Both the position numbers and the translations under genes were made by a program. From Alistipes sp. (GTDB taxonomy: Bacteria > Bacteroidota > Bacteroidia > Bacteroidales > Rikenellaceae), in the NCBI GenBank assembly GCA_029059935.1, contig JAIDUZ010000070.1:1419-65418 (forward strand): DNA of 64,000 nucleotides. The letters run 5' to 3'. The notes under the pieces were generated by a model. It made no database searches, was not told the origin of the DNA, and saw only the letters and a list, made by a program, of their open reading frames with translations. This document shows positions 19,171-28,999 of this stretch, one piece after another. Position 1 is the stretch's first letter, and every line of letters starts with the position of its first letter.

Positions 19171-21303
19171 ATGAAGAAACTGACGGCATTCCTATTCGCC
19201 TTGCTTCTCGGATTCTCCGGCTTCGCGCAGGAAAAGTCGAAGAGCGACGGGCAACCGCCCGCAAGATCGGGCAAAGGCTGGTGGAACGACAATCCGTCGT
19301 TCGTCCAGCCGATTCCGGAGGTTTACGTTACGGCGCGGCGGCCGATGAAAGAAATCGGTATGCAGCAGACCAAACTCGATTCGACGGTGCTGAAAGAGAA
19401 TATCGCCCTTTCGATGGCCGACGTGCTGACGTTCAATACCTCGATCTTCGTCAAGCAGTACGGTCGCGCCACGCTCTCGACCGTAGCGTTCCGCGGTACG
19501 TCGCCCTCGCATACGCAGGTAACATGGAACGGCATGCGCATCAACTCGCCGATGCTCGGCATGACCGACTTTTCGATGATTCCCTCCTACTTCATCGACG
19601 ACGCCTCGCTGCTGCACGGCACCTCGTCGGTCAACGAGACGGGCGGCGGACTGGGCGGTGCCGTGAAACTCTCCACGAAACCCGCCGAAGCCGACGGATT
19701 CGGGTTGCAATACGTGCAGGGCGTCGGGTCGTTCAAGACGTTCGACGAATTTTTGCGCCTGACTTACGGCGACAAGCATTGGCAGGTCTCGACCCGTGCG
19801 GTCTATTCATCTTCCGACAACGATTTCAAGTACAGGAACTACAACAAGAAGATGAATATCTATGACGATGACCACCAAATCGTCGGCACCTACTATCCTA
19901 CCGAACGCAACAAATGCGGTGCGTTCCGTGATTTTCACATCTTGCAGGAGGTGTACTACAATACCGGCCGCGGCGACCGCTTCGGATTGCAGGCGTGGTT
20001 CCTCGACTCGAAGCGCGGCGTGCCGATGCTGTCGGTCGATCACCGCTCGGACGACGAATACGTGAACGAGCAGACGGAGCAGACCGTTCGCGGCATTCTG
20101 TCGTGGGACCGGCTGCGCGGCAACTACAAAGTAGGCTTGCGCGCCGGCTATATCCATACGGGACAGGGCTACGATTTCTCGAAGGACAAAGGCAACGGCA
20201 CGATGGCGGAGATGATCCGCTCGCGCAGCAAGATAAACACGTTGTACGGACAGGCTGAGGGTGAATACTACATCGGCAAGAAATGGCTCTTCATGGCGAA
20301 TGTCTCGGTGCACCAGCATTTCGTGGAGAGCCGCGACAAGAATGTCCTCGAACTCAATTCGCAGTCGTTGGCGCAGGGAAATAACAAGAAAGTGGTCGTG
20401 GGATATGATAAGGGGCGCGTTGAAGTATCGGCCTATGCCTCGGCCAAGTGGATGCCGACCGACCGGTTGGGAGTGTCGGTGGCCTTGCGCGAAGAGATGT
20501 ACGGCGAGGAGTGGTCGCCCGTCATTCCGGCCTTTTTCGCCGACTATGTGGTCTCGAAACGCGGCAGCATCGTAGTCAAAGCCTCCGTATCGCGCAACTA
20601 TCGCTTTCCGACGCTTAACGACCTCTACTTCCTGCCGGGCGGCAATCCCGATCTGAAAAAGGAGCAGGGGTTCACCTACGACGCCGGATTTTCGTTCGCC
20701 GTGGGTAAGGAGGGCATCTATTCGCTCAACGGTTCGGCGACGTGGTTCGACTCGTATATCGACGACTGGATCGTGTGGCTGCCGACGTTCAAGGGTTTCT
20801 GGACGCCGAAGAACGTCAAGGAGGTACACGCGTACGGCGTCGAACTGAAAGCCGATGCGACGGTGCGGCTCTCGAAGAACTGGCAGTTGGGCGCAGACGT
20901 CTCGTTTTCGTGGACACCCTCGATCAACAACGGTGACCCAGTGGACTGGGCCGACAAGGCGATCGGCAAACAGCTGGTCTATGTCCCCGAATACTCCGCT
21001 TCGGCGACAGGCCGATTGTCGTACCGATCGTGGCGTCTCGTTTACAAGTGGTGCTATTACAGCGAGCGTTTCACTACCTCGGACAACGACATGAAAAGCA
21101 AGATCTCGCGCGTATTGCCCTACTACATGAGCGACGTGTCGCTGGAAAAACTCTTTTCGCTGCATTGGTCGGATTTCTCGGTCAAGGTAGCCGTAAAGAA
21201 CCTTTTCAACGAGGAGTACGAATCGGTGCTCTCGCGTCCCATGCCGCGCATGAATTTCGAGGTATTCCTCGATATACGGCCCAAATGGGGTAAAAAGAGA
21301 TAG
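19171..21303 (+). CDS. btuB: TonB-dependent cobalamin receptor
   Basis: Plug FRGTSPSHTQVTWNG, NYRFPTLNDLY..GGNPDLKKE, KNLFNEEY..V..RPMP; riboswitch context. Confidence 0.92.
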   Translation: MKKLTAFLFALLLGFSGFAQEKSKSDGQPPARSGKGWWNDNPSFVQPIPEVYVTARRPMKEIGMQQTKLDSTVLKENIALSMADVLTFNTSIFVKQYGRATLSTVAFRGTSPSHTQVTWNGMRINSPMLGMTDFSMIPSYFIDDASLLHGTSSVNETGGGLGGAVKLSTKPAEADGFGLQYVQGVGSFKTFDEFLRLTYGDKHWQVSTRAVYSSSDNDFKYRNYNKKMNIYDDDHQIVGTYYPTERNKCGAFRDFHILQEVYYNTGRGDRFGLQAWFLDSKRGVPMLSVDHRSDDEYVNEQTEQTVRGILSWDRLRGNYKVGLRAGYIHTGQGYDFSKDKGNGTMAEMIRSRSKINTLYGQAEGEYYIGKKWLFMANVSVHQHFVESRDKNVLELNSQSLAQGNNKKVVVGYDKGRVEVSAYASAKWMPTDRLGVSVALREEMYGEEWSPVIPAFFADYVVSKRGSIVVKASVSRNYRFPTLNDLYFLPGGNPDLKKEQGFTYDAGFSFAVGKEGIYSLNGSATWFDSYIDDWIVWLPTFKGFWTPKNVKEVHAYGVELKADATVRLSKNWQLGADVSFSWTPSINNGDPVDWADKAIGKQLVYVPEYSASATGRLSYRSWRLVYKWCYYSERFTTSDNDMKSKISRVLPYYMSDVSLEKLFSLHWSDFSVKVAVKNLFNEEYESVLSRPMPRMNFEVFLDIRPKWGKKR

Positions 21304-21472
21304 AGATAACGGCAGCGCCCCTTTTCATCGCGGAAACCTTTGCAAACCTTCTTCGTAAAAGATTATTCGCTGCGGTGTTTTGTATGGACGAAAGCCGAAA
21401 GACTGATTAGAGATTAGTTGCAGAGTGTTATTTGCCATAACGACTTAATCGGATTTTCGCCCATGCTATCGA

Positions 21473-21509
21473 GGGGAAACGGACGAACAGCCCCGTTTCC
21501 CCCTTTTTT
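21473..21509 (+). terminator. Intra-operon terminator-like hairpin between btuB and btuF
   Basis: GGGGAAACGG-N10-CCGTTTCCCC followed by CTTTTTT. Confidence 0.6.
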
Positions 21510-21537
21510 GAACCGAATGAAAACGAATAAAAGAACT

Positions 21538-22677
21538 ATGAAACAATGGATTCAGTTGGCGGTAGTCGCTCTGTGCGCGATAGTCGTCGCGGCCTGTGGT
21601 CGCAAGAGCGTTTCGCTCGAAGATTTTGACAAGCCGGTCTACATGCTCGAATACGCTTCGGGATTCGACATTCAGGGTGCCGAGGGCAGGCAGAGCGTAC
21701 TGCTCACCGTCACGAACCCGTGGCAAGGCGCGGACGGCATCGCCGTGCAGTTATTCATCGCCCGCGACGGCGAAACCGCTCCCGAGGGCTTCGACGGACA
21801 GGTGCTTGAAGGCGATGCCGAACGTATCGTGGCGATGTCCTCGACCCATATCGCCATGCTCGACGCCATAGGCGAGGTCGACCGCGTGGTCGGCGTATCG
21901 GGCATCGACTACATCTCCAATCCCGACATTCAGGCGCGCCGCGACCGCATCGGCGACGTGGGCTACGAAGGGAATATCAACTATGAATTGCTGTTGTCGC
22001 TCGATCCCGACCTCGTGCTGCTCTACGGCGTGAACGGTGCCAGCGGCATGGAGCCGAAGCTCCGCGAGCTGGGCATCCCGTTCATGTACGTAGGCGATTA
22101 CCTCGAAGAGTCGCCGTTGGGTAAGGCCGAGTGGATGGTGGCCCTCTCGGAGGTCGTCGGTTGTCGGTCGGAGGGCGAAAAGGTTTTCGCGGAGATTCCC
22201 GTCCGATACAACGCCCTGAAACAGCGGGTGGCGGAGAATGCCCTCGACGCCCCGTCTGTCATGCTCAACATGCCATACGGCGATTCGTGGTTCATGCCCT
22301 CGGCCGGGAGCTATGCCGTGCGGCTGATCGAGGACGCGGGCGGAGATTATATCTACAAGAAGAACACGGGCAACGCCTCGACGCCCGTCGACATGGAGGA
22401 GGCATACCTGCTCGCTTCGGCTGCCGATCTATGGCTGAACGTGGGTATGGCGAGCACGCTCGGCGAGGTGAAAGCCGCCTGCCCGAAGTTCGCCGACACC
22501 CGCTGCTTCCGCAACGGATACGTCTATAACAACAACGCCCGCACCAACGCCGCCGGAGGCAACGACTACTTCGAATCGGGCGTCGTGCACCCCGAACTCG
22601 TGCTGCGCGACCTTATCAAGATATTTCACCCCGAACTCGTGGAGGAGGATTTCGTCTATTACAAACGACTGAAATAG
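21538..22677 (+). CDS. btuF: Cobalamin ABC transporter substrate-binding lipoprotein
   Basis: Lipobox VAAC; RIVAMSSTH, DYLEESPLGKAEW, DYFESGVVHPELVLRDL. Confidence 0.9.
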   Translation: MKQWIQLAVVALCAIVVAACGRKSVSLEDFDKPVYMLEYASGFDIQGAEGRQSVLLTVTNPWQGADGIAVQLFIARDGETAPEGFDGQVLEGDAERIVAMSSTHIAMLDAIGEVDRVVGVSGIDYISNPDIQARRDRIGDVGYEGNINYELLLSLDPDLVLLYGVNGASGMEPKLRELGIPFMYVGDYLEESPLGKAEWMVALSEVVGCRSEGEKVFAEIPVRYNALKQRVAENALDAPSVMLNMPYGDSWFMPSAGSYAVRLIEDAGGDYIYKKNTGNASTPVDMEEAYLLASAADLWLNVGMASTLGEVKAACPKFADTRCFRNGYVYNNNARTNAAGGNDYFESGVVHPELVLRDLIKIFHPELVEEDFVYYKRLK

Positions 22678-23658
22678 ATGCGCTCCCGCTCTGCTATATT
22701 GTTCGCAACCTTGTCCGCATTTACGGTCGGCCTCTTTCTGCTGGATCTGGCCGTCGGTGCGGTGCGCATTCCCCTCGGCGACGTGTGGGCGGCTCTGACG
22801 GGCGGCGACTGCCCGCAAGCGACGGCTAAAATCGTTCTGAACATCCGCCTGATAAAGGCGGTAGTGGCTCTGTTGGCGGGCGCGGCACTGTCGGTCAGCG
22901 GATTGCAGATGCAGACGCTGTTTCGAAATCCACTGGCAGGCCCCTATGTGCTCGGCATCAGTTCGGGCGCGAGCCTCGGCGTGGCGCTCGTGGTGCTTGC
23001 CGGCGTCGGCTCGTCGGTCGGCATCGCTACGGCCGCATGGGCGGGAGCGGCGACTGTGCTGCTGGTAATCGCTGCTGTAGGCCACCGCATCAAGGACATC
23101 ATGGTCATCCTGATTCTCGGCATGATGTTCTCGTCCGGTGTGGGTGCCGTAGTGCAAATCCTGCAATACCTAAGCAAAGAGGAGGCCTTGAAAGCCTTCG
23201 TTGTCTGGACGATGGGGTCGCTCGGCGACGTGACGGTGCCACAGCTCGCTGTCCTCGTGCCGTCGGTCGCGGTCGGACTGCTGCTGGCCGTATGGACCAT
23301 CAAGCCGCTCAACCTCCTGCTATTCGGCGAGGAGTACGCCGTAACTATGGGGCTGAATATCCGCCGCTCGCGCGGACTGCTGTTTCTCTCGACAACACTG
23401 CTGGCCGGCACAGTAACGGCTTTCTGCGGCCCGATAGGTTTTATCGGTCTTGCTATGCCCCACGTCGCACGGATGCTGTTCCGCAACGGCGACCACCGCG
23501 TGCTCGTGCCGGGCACCCTTCTTTCGGGTGCGGCGGTGCTGCTCCTTTGCGACCTCGTTTCCAAATTGTTTACCCTGCCCGTAAACGCCATTACCGCGTT
23601 ATTGGGAATCCCGATTGTCGTGTGGGTGGTGTTGCGCAACAAATCCTTTACGGCATGA
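22678..23658 (+). CDS. btuC: Cobalamin ABC transporter permease
   Basis: MQTLFRNPLAGPYVLGISSGA, LLFGEEYA, GPIGFIGLAMPH. Confidence 0.93.
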   Translation: MRSRSAILFATLSAFTVGLFLLDLAVGAVRIPLGDVWAALTGGDCPQATAKIVLNIRLIKAVVALLAGAALSVSGLQMQTLFRNPLAGPYVLGISSGASLGVALVVLAGVGSSVGIATAAWAGAATVLLVIAAVGHRIKDIMVILILGMMFSSGVGAVVQILQYLSKEEALKAFVVWTMGSLGDVTVPQLAVLVPSVAVGLLLAVWTIKPLNLLLFGEEYAVTMGLNIRRSRGLLFLSTTLLAGTVTAFCGPIGFIGLAMPHVARMLFRNGDHRVLVPGTLLSGAAVLLLCDLVSKLFTLPVNAITALLGIPIVVWVVLRNKSFTA

Positions 23659-24413
23659 TACGACTGCACGATTTCTCCATCGGCTACGACGAACGCACAC
23701 TGCTTCGCGAAGTGAATGCCGCTATTCCGAAAGGTTCGCTGACGGCCCTTATCGGACGCAACGGTACGGGCAAATCGACGCTGCTCCGTGCCATAGCGGG
23801 ACTGAACCGCCGTTATTCGGGCGAAATTCTGATCGACGGACGTGATATTTCCGACATGAGAGCCGACGAAATGGCCAAGATGCTGGCATTCGTCACGACC
23901 GAACGCACGCGCATCGCGAACCTGCGTTGCGAGGACGTGGTGGCCATCGGCCGTGCACCCTACACCAACTGGATCGGACGGATGCAGGATGCCGACAGGG
24001 AGATCGTGGCACGGTCGCTCGCCTCGGTGGGAATGGAGGCTTATGCACATCGGACGATGGATAAGATGTCGGACGGCGAGTGCCAGCGCATTATGATTGC
24101 CCGCGCACTGGCGCAGTCTACGCCTGTCATCCTTTTGGATGAACCCACCTCGTTTCTCGACCTGCCCAACCGCTACGAACTCTGCTCGCTGCTGGCCCGG
24201 CTGGCGCACGACGAGGGCAAGTGCATCCTCTTTTCGACCCACGAGCTGGATATAGCCCTCGCGTTGAGTGACAACATCGCCCTTGTCGATACACCCGACC
24301 TGCACTGCCTACCGACATCCGAAATGATTCACAGCGGGCATATCGAACGGCTTTTCAGCAACTCCGCCGTGCGGTTCGATCCCATCAGGGGAACGATAAA
24401 AGCAAATACATAA
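23655..24413 (+). CDS. btuD: Cobalamin ABC transporter ATP-binding protein
   Basis: GRNGTGKST, MSDGECQR, LLDEPT, HE; ATGA overlap with btuC. Confidence 0.93.
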   Translation: MIRLHDFSIGYDERTLLREVNAAIPKGSLTALIGRNGTGKSTLLRAIAGLNRRYSGEILIDGRDISDMRADEMAKMLAFVTTERTRIANLRCEDVVAIGRAPYTNWIGRMQDADREIVARSLASVGMEAYAHRTMDKMSDGECQRIMIARALAQSTPVILLDEPTSFLDLPNRYELCSLLARLAHDEGKCILFSTHELDIALALSDNIALVDTPDLHCLPTSEMIHSGHIERLFSNSAVRFDPIRGTIKANT

Positions 24414-24538
24414 ATTTTAACAGTCATAATATCCAACAGAATTCAAAATCAATTACCTTATGCGGTATATGCTACTTATAAAAAGCTAATACCCAGTGTA
24501 TTTTGCATATTCAATAAATAATAGAATTTAATGAGCTC

Positions 24539-24572
24539 GAATAAGGCGTGGAAATGATTTCACGCCTTATTC
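24539..24572. terminator. Hairpin between btuD and rteC
   Basis: GAATAAGGCGTG-N10-CACGCCTTATTC. Confidence 0.6.
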
Positions 24573-24611
24573 TATGCAATTCTGTTAAATACCAATCCTA
24601 AACACAAAGCT

Positions 24612-25427
24612 ATGGTTACATTTATCGAACATTTGAAATGCGAGATGGACAAAAAACTACAACCGATTTTGTCATCCGATCTGAACATCATGAAAAAATC
24701 GCACGATGCCTCACTCGTTTATGCCGAAGCCTTCAACCGATTAAAAAATTTCATTGCCGGTTATACCTTTCACGATGATGCGGAAGAGATACACTTTTTC
24801 AAAGAAATCAAACCCCGTTTGTGCTCCGGGTTGATTTATTGGCGGAAAGTTTATAACATCGAAATGAACCGACCGGAAGGCGTCGAATCGCAAAGAGCGT
24901 ATTTGATTGATGAGATTAAAGGCATCAATCGCTATAACTCCAAACGTTCCGATTTTGTCCGTTATTACCGTTCAGGGCTTACCCATCTGGATTCGATCTA
25001 TTATCTTCGCGGACACGCCGATGTCGCTCTTTATTTCGATTCATTTTATTATGAACGCGATCCGATGTTTTCGACCAATTGTGATTTCACCGTAGCTCGG
25101 TTGTTGGCAAATGAGTCTCTTACGGAATATCTGAATAAAGAATTGGACGGGTTGGAGAACCACTGGTCGTCGTTGTCGCTACCCAGAGTACGCATTACAT
25201 GGTCTGCTCAAAAAACGGATCTTTACGAATTGATCTTCGCATGCGATAGCAGAAAGGTGTTCGGTAATGTCCCCATGACACAGCTTGTCGAGTATTTGCA
25301 AACAGTATTCAATATTGAATTGGACAAGAATATTTCCCGAACATTCAGCGACATGCGGATTCGCAATACGAAAACTCCGTTTCTCGATAGTTTGAAAGTG
25401 GCCTTAATCGAACGCATGGAGAAATAG
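24612..25427 (+). CDS. rteC: RteC family regulator
   Basis: EEIHFFKEIKP, F.RYYRSG.THLD, W...KTDLYELIFA, R.....FLDSL. Confidence 0.9.
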   Translation: MVTFIEHLKCEMDKKLQPILSSDLNIMKKSHDASLVYAEAFNRLKNFIAGYTFHDDAEEIHFFKEIKPRLCSGLIYWRKVYNIEMNRPEGVESQRAYLIDEIKGINRYNSKRSDFVRYYRSGLTHLDSIYYLRGHADVALYFDSFYYERDPMFSTNCDFTVARLLANESLTEYLNKELDGLENHWSSLSLPRVRITWSAQKTDLYELIFACDSRKVFGNVPMTQLVEYLQTVFNIELDKNISRTFSDMRIRNTKTPFLDSLKVALIERMEK

Positions 25428-25693
25428 TCGAATCAAAAACGGGACCGATGATTACCCCAATAAGTATTTTACGAAATTATGGATGGTTTCCGCCATCCAT
25501 AATTGCGATTACCGACATCGGTGTTTGCCTTATTTCGACATGAATTTACGTTTTTTATTGCCGCCAGAACTCCTTTATCGACATAACAATCATTGTATCA
25601 GCAGAATATTTTATCGCAAAAAAGTCGTACCGACCTTGTTATTACCGTATCAAATAATATCGACCTTTGTAACAAACAAAACAACAAAGGATT

Positions 25694-25780
25694 ATGAAAA
25701 TACTTATTATCGGAGTAAAAACCTACAAAGAACTCATCGGAAAAATAGAACGAATACCTGTAAACCTGTGTAAAGAGTAG
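25694..25780 (+). pseudogene. Truncated N-terminus of an excisionase-like HTH gene
   Basis: MKILIIGVKTYKELIGKIERI resembles the first helix of CTn HTH proteins; stops after 28 codons. Confidence 0.45.
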
Positions 25781-25786
25781 GCGGCC

Positions 25787-26122
25787 ATGATGCTGGACAG
25801 GGAGTATTTCGAGGGTTGGATGCAACGTCTCGCCAAGCGGTTGGAGCACATCGAAGAGTTGTGCACGCCCGCCGCGGAGCAAAGCCTCTCCGTTTTGCCC
25901 GACGGCGACAGACTGCTGGATAATTACGACTTGTGCAAGATGCTCAACATCTCGAAACGTACGCTGCAACGGTATCGTACCTCCGGGGATTTGCCCTACC
26001 AGATGATCTATCACAAGACGTTCTATCGCGAATCGGACGTATTGCGGTTCATCGAGCGTAATTTCAGCAATTTCCGCAAACTGAAAAAGGAGCGGGAAAA
26101 TAATTCGTTCGGAAAAAGATAA
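25787..26122 (+). CDS. MerR-like/excisionase-type HTH protein
   Basis: LLDNYDLCKMLNISKRTLQRYRTSG.LPY....KTFY. Confidence 0.88.
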   Translation: MMLDREYFEGWMQRLAKRLEHIEELCTPAAEQSLSVLPDGDRLLDNYDLCKMLNISKRTLQRYRTSGDLPYQMIYHKTFYRESDVLRFIERNFSNFRKLKKERENNSFGKR

Positions 26123-26187
26123 TAAAATCGGCCGTAAATTTGTTGTGTTACTAAATATTGGTAACTTTGCGGAAAAGGAAGTGAATT

Positions 26188-26433
26188 ATGAAAACGACAT
26201 CGGTAGCTTTGGGAGCCTATTTCGAGAATTTTATCCAATCGACAATCGCACAGGGACGTTATAATAATGCCAGCGAGGTCGTGCGCGCCGGCCTGCGGCT
26301 TTTGGAGGAGCAGGAAAACAGTGTCGTGGCGTTGAAGAGCGCAATCGACGAGGGCTTGCGCAGCGGCATTGCCGTAGGCTTCGACCCGCAGCAGCATCTT
26401 CGGACGTTGAAAATGCAGCGAAAAAATGGCTGA
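26188..26433 (+). CDS. parD: ParD-like antitoxin (RHH, CC2985 type)
   Basis: TSVALG.YFE.FI....GRYNNASEVVRAGLRLLE...IDEG; TAACTTTG promoter box at 26162. Confidence 0.92.
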   Translation: MKTTSVALGAYFENFIQSTIAQGRYNNASEVVRAGLRLLEEQENSVVALKSAIDEGLRSGIAVGFDPQQHLRTLKMQRKNG

Positions 26434-26728
26434 TCTGCTTTTCTCGAACAAAGCCGTCGAAGACCTCACGAACATCTGGAATTACACGGTCGAAACATGG
26501 TCGGAGACCCAAGCCGACAAGTATTATGCGTTGCTCGTGGCTACCTGCCGTCAAATAGCCGACAGTTCTCGACCGCTGGGCCGGGAGTACGCGGAAATCA
26601 TGGCCGAATTATACGGATACCGAACGGGCAAACACATCGTTTTCTATCGGACGGTCTCCGAGAGTGCCGTAGAGATCGTGAGAATCCTGCACGAACGCAT
26701 GGATTTGAAAAGCCGAATCGGAGAGTAA
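26426..26728 (+). CDS. parE: ParE/RelE family toxin
   Basis: KAVEDL..IW.YT...WS..QADKY, HIVFYR, IVRILHERMD; overlaps the antitoxin stop. Confidence 0.92.
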   Translation: MADLLFSNKAVEDLTNIWNYTVETWSETQADKYYALLVATCRQIADSSRPLGREYAEIMAELYGYRTGKHIVFYRTVSESAVEIVRILHERMDLKSRIGE

Positions 26729-26746
26729 TATGATTCGGTATAAATA

Positions 26747-26773
26747 AAAGCCGACGGCAATACCGTCGGCTTT
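26747..26773. terminator. Bidirectional terminator after parE
   Basis: AAAGCCGACGG-CAATA-CCGTCGGCTTT. Confidence 0.75.
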
Positions 26774-26777
26774 GTCG

Positions 26778-27431
26778 TTACATCTTGATGCCCTTGTTTG
26801 CGCCGGATTCGTTTTTGACCTGCGTTCCGACACGCCCGATGACGATACGCCCGCCGGAGGCGTCGGCTATCTGTTGCAGCCGGTGTTACGTCCGCAGAAA
26901 TAGGTCGAACGCATCGTAGAACTCCCGGTCGAGGCTGCGTAAGGTTATATCCTCCTGCCCGCATTTCCGCTGCACGAACTCCCGCAGGTGGCTATAAGAG
27001 CGTACATAGCATTTGTAGGTCTCTTTCGTGCGGTCGATGCCGATGCGCTTGCGGAACTCCTCGTTGTGCTCCCGAAACAATGCCAACAGCGTCAGCGACT
27101 TCTGTCCGATGCCTTTCACGGCATTCTTCACCAGTTCAGCTGTTACGAATCCGAGCGACAGATTGATTCGCTTGTAATGCCCCTTGATTTCGTCTGTCAA
27201 GGTGTCGATAGCTCGATTTACTTCGTTGGCATTGCGGCCGCGACCGTCGGCACGCCCTGTCGTGGGATTCCAGATTGCAGAGACGACCGCTACTTTCGTC
27301 CCGATTTGTGCCGCCTCGGCGTCGATGCTTACCTTGCACAAGAGCTGGCACAAGCCGTCCTTGCGGACTTTCGTGCGGTTGATATAGAACAGCACGGCAA
27401 AGGTGCTGCGGCGAGTATTCGTAGTTTTCAT
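26778..27431 (-). pseudogene. Second tyrosine integrase with a nonsense codon and loss of the catalytic domain
   Basis: RSTFAVLFYINRTKVRKDG arm-binding domain and SAM-like domain; TAA at 26886-26888, then only ~35 codons; no catalytic R-H-R-Y region. Confidence 0.85.
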
Positions 27432-27453
27432 TATTGTTGTAATTAAGGAGTGG

Positions 27454-28674
27454 TTAAATAGCGACCGTAAATCGTTCCGCAATTCGTTTGTCGAGCGACA
27501 GCGTGTCGATGTCGATTTTGTTGTCCGTCACTTGGGCATAGATCTGCGTCGTATCGACGCGGCTGTGTCCCAACATACGGCTGACCGTCTCCATCGGCAC
27601 TCCGTGCGAGAGCGTGATTTCCGTAGCGTAGGTATGGCGCGCCATGTGAAAGGTCAGCTTGCGGTCGATGCCGCAAGCAGCGGCAAGAAGTTTCAATCCT
27701 TTGTTCAACTCCGAGTTTCCGTACATAGGGAGCAACTTCCCGTCCGGCGCTGTATCGCGATACTTGTCGATGATATGAAGCGGCAGGTCGAGCAGCGGTA
27801 TCTCGAACTCCACTTTCGTCTTTTCTCGCGTCGCCTTGATCCAAACCGTTCCGTCTTCTGCCGTTTCGAGATTCGCAGTGGTCAAGCGGCACATATCACC
27901 ATAACTGATGCCCGTATAGCAGGAGAACAAAAACAAGTCGCGGACGAGGTAAAGCCTTGATGAAGGGAGTGGCGTAGTCATCAGCCGCTGCAACTCCTCG
28001 CGTGTGAGATACCGTCGCCTGCGCTCAGGACGCGGAGGTTCGTACCCAGAGAATGGGTCGGCAGTGATGATGCCTGCGGTGATGGCTTTATTGATTACCG
28101 TATGCAGGCGCGACATGTAGAGAACGACGGTGCTCGGAGCCAACCTCCGTTCCGTGCGCAGGTACAGGTCGAACTTATCGACAAACGACCGATCCAACGC
28201 CGAGAAGGGAACATCCGACATCCGCAGCCGCTCGGACAGAAATCGTGCGACGTGTTCGTAAGCGCAACGATAGGTGCGTGCCGATTTGATCGTACGGTTT
28301 ACGCCTACTCGCTTCTCGAAATGTTCGATATACGAGCGGAAGTAATCGAGCAGCGTCTCCTGACCGAAAGCCATACCCAGCAGGAGGCATTTGACCTCCT
28401 CGGCCGTTACTCGGTCGCGAACGACTGACTGCTCGCGATAGATCGCCAGCGCCGAAGCCCGCAGTTCATCTAATCGGCGGTTGATTTCGATGACCTCGGC
28501 ACTTTTGCCTTTGGCACGACCCGACACCCACAGCGAACGCGGCGCGAGCATCTTGGCACTGAACACGCATTCCGAACGTCCGACAGTCAAGCGACCCATG
28601 ACGGGGCAACGACCCGCACTGTCTGATTCGTTTCTTTTAAGGTAGAACGCAACCTTTATATCCTCGTGATTCAT
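27454..28674 (-). CDS. Site-specific tyrosine integrase (IntDOT-like)
   Basis: FLFSCYTGISYGD (S in place of R, as in IntDOT), REKT, TFHMARHTYAT, LGH...TTQIYA. Confidence 0.93.
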   Translation of the reverse strand: MNHEDIKVAFYLKRNESDSAGRCPVMGRLTVGRSECVFSAKMLAPRSLWVSGRAKGKSAEVIEINRRLDELRASALAIYREQSVVRDRVTAEEVKCLLLGMAFGQETLLDYFRSYIEHFEKRVGVNRTIKSARTYRCAYEHVARFLSERLRMSDVPFSALDRSFVDKFDLYLRTERRLAPSTVVLYMSRLHTVINKAITAGIITADPFSGYEPPRPERRRRYLTREELQRLMTTPLPSSRLYLVRDLFLFSCYTGISYGDMCRLTTANLETAEDGTVWIKATREKTKVEFEIPLLDLPLHIIDKYRDTAPDGKLLPMYGNSELNKGLKLLAAACGIDRKLTFHMARHTYATEITLSHGVPMETVSRMLGHSRVDTTQIYAQVTDNKIDIDTLSLDKRIAERFTVAI

Positions 28675-28923
28675 AACTCTATTAATCGTTTGCAAAATTA
28701 ACTGATATAGAACTGTTTGAAGCCGTGAAAAACAAAGCGGAACATAGAATAAAATACTATGTCATCACCTCCGAAGCCGTCTTTTTGCGAAACTCCGAGT
28801 AAAACGACTACCTTTGTCGTGAACTCTTGCGAGAAAACCAGCGTTCCTTGAAGTGCAGAACCGTTTTCAGAGAGCAGAAGCGAGGCTTTCTGCAACCTCT
28901 CCCCAGCCTTTGAAAAGGCAACG

Positions 28924-28999
28924 TTTTCGGTAAGCCGAGGGCAGAGCCGAGTTTACTCGGTCTATGCCGAGGCGAGAAAACGACGGCGAATAGCCAACG
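28924..28999 (-). repeat. Single 76 nt copy of the palindromic repeat family, flanked by a CAACG direct repeat
   Basis: Reverse complement GGCTATTCGCC-GTCGTTTTC-TCGCCTCGG-CATAGA-CCGAGTAAACTCGG-CTCTG-CCCTCGGCTT-ACCGAAAA. Confidence 0.8.
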
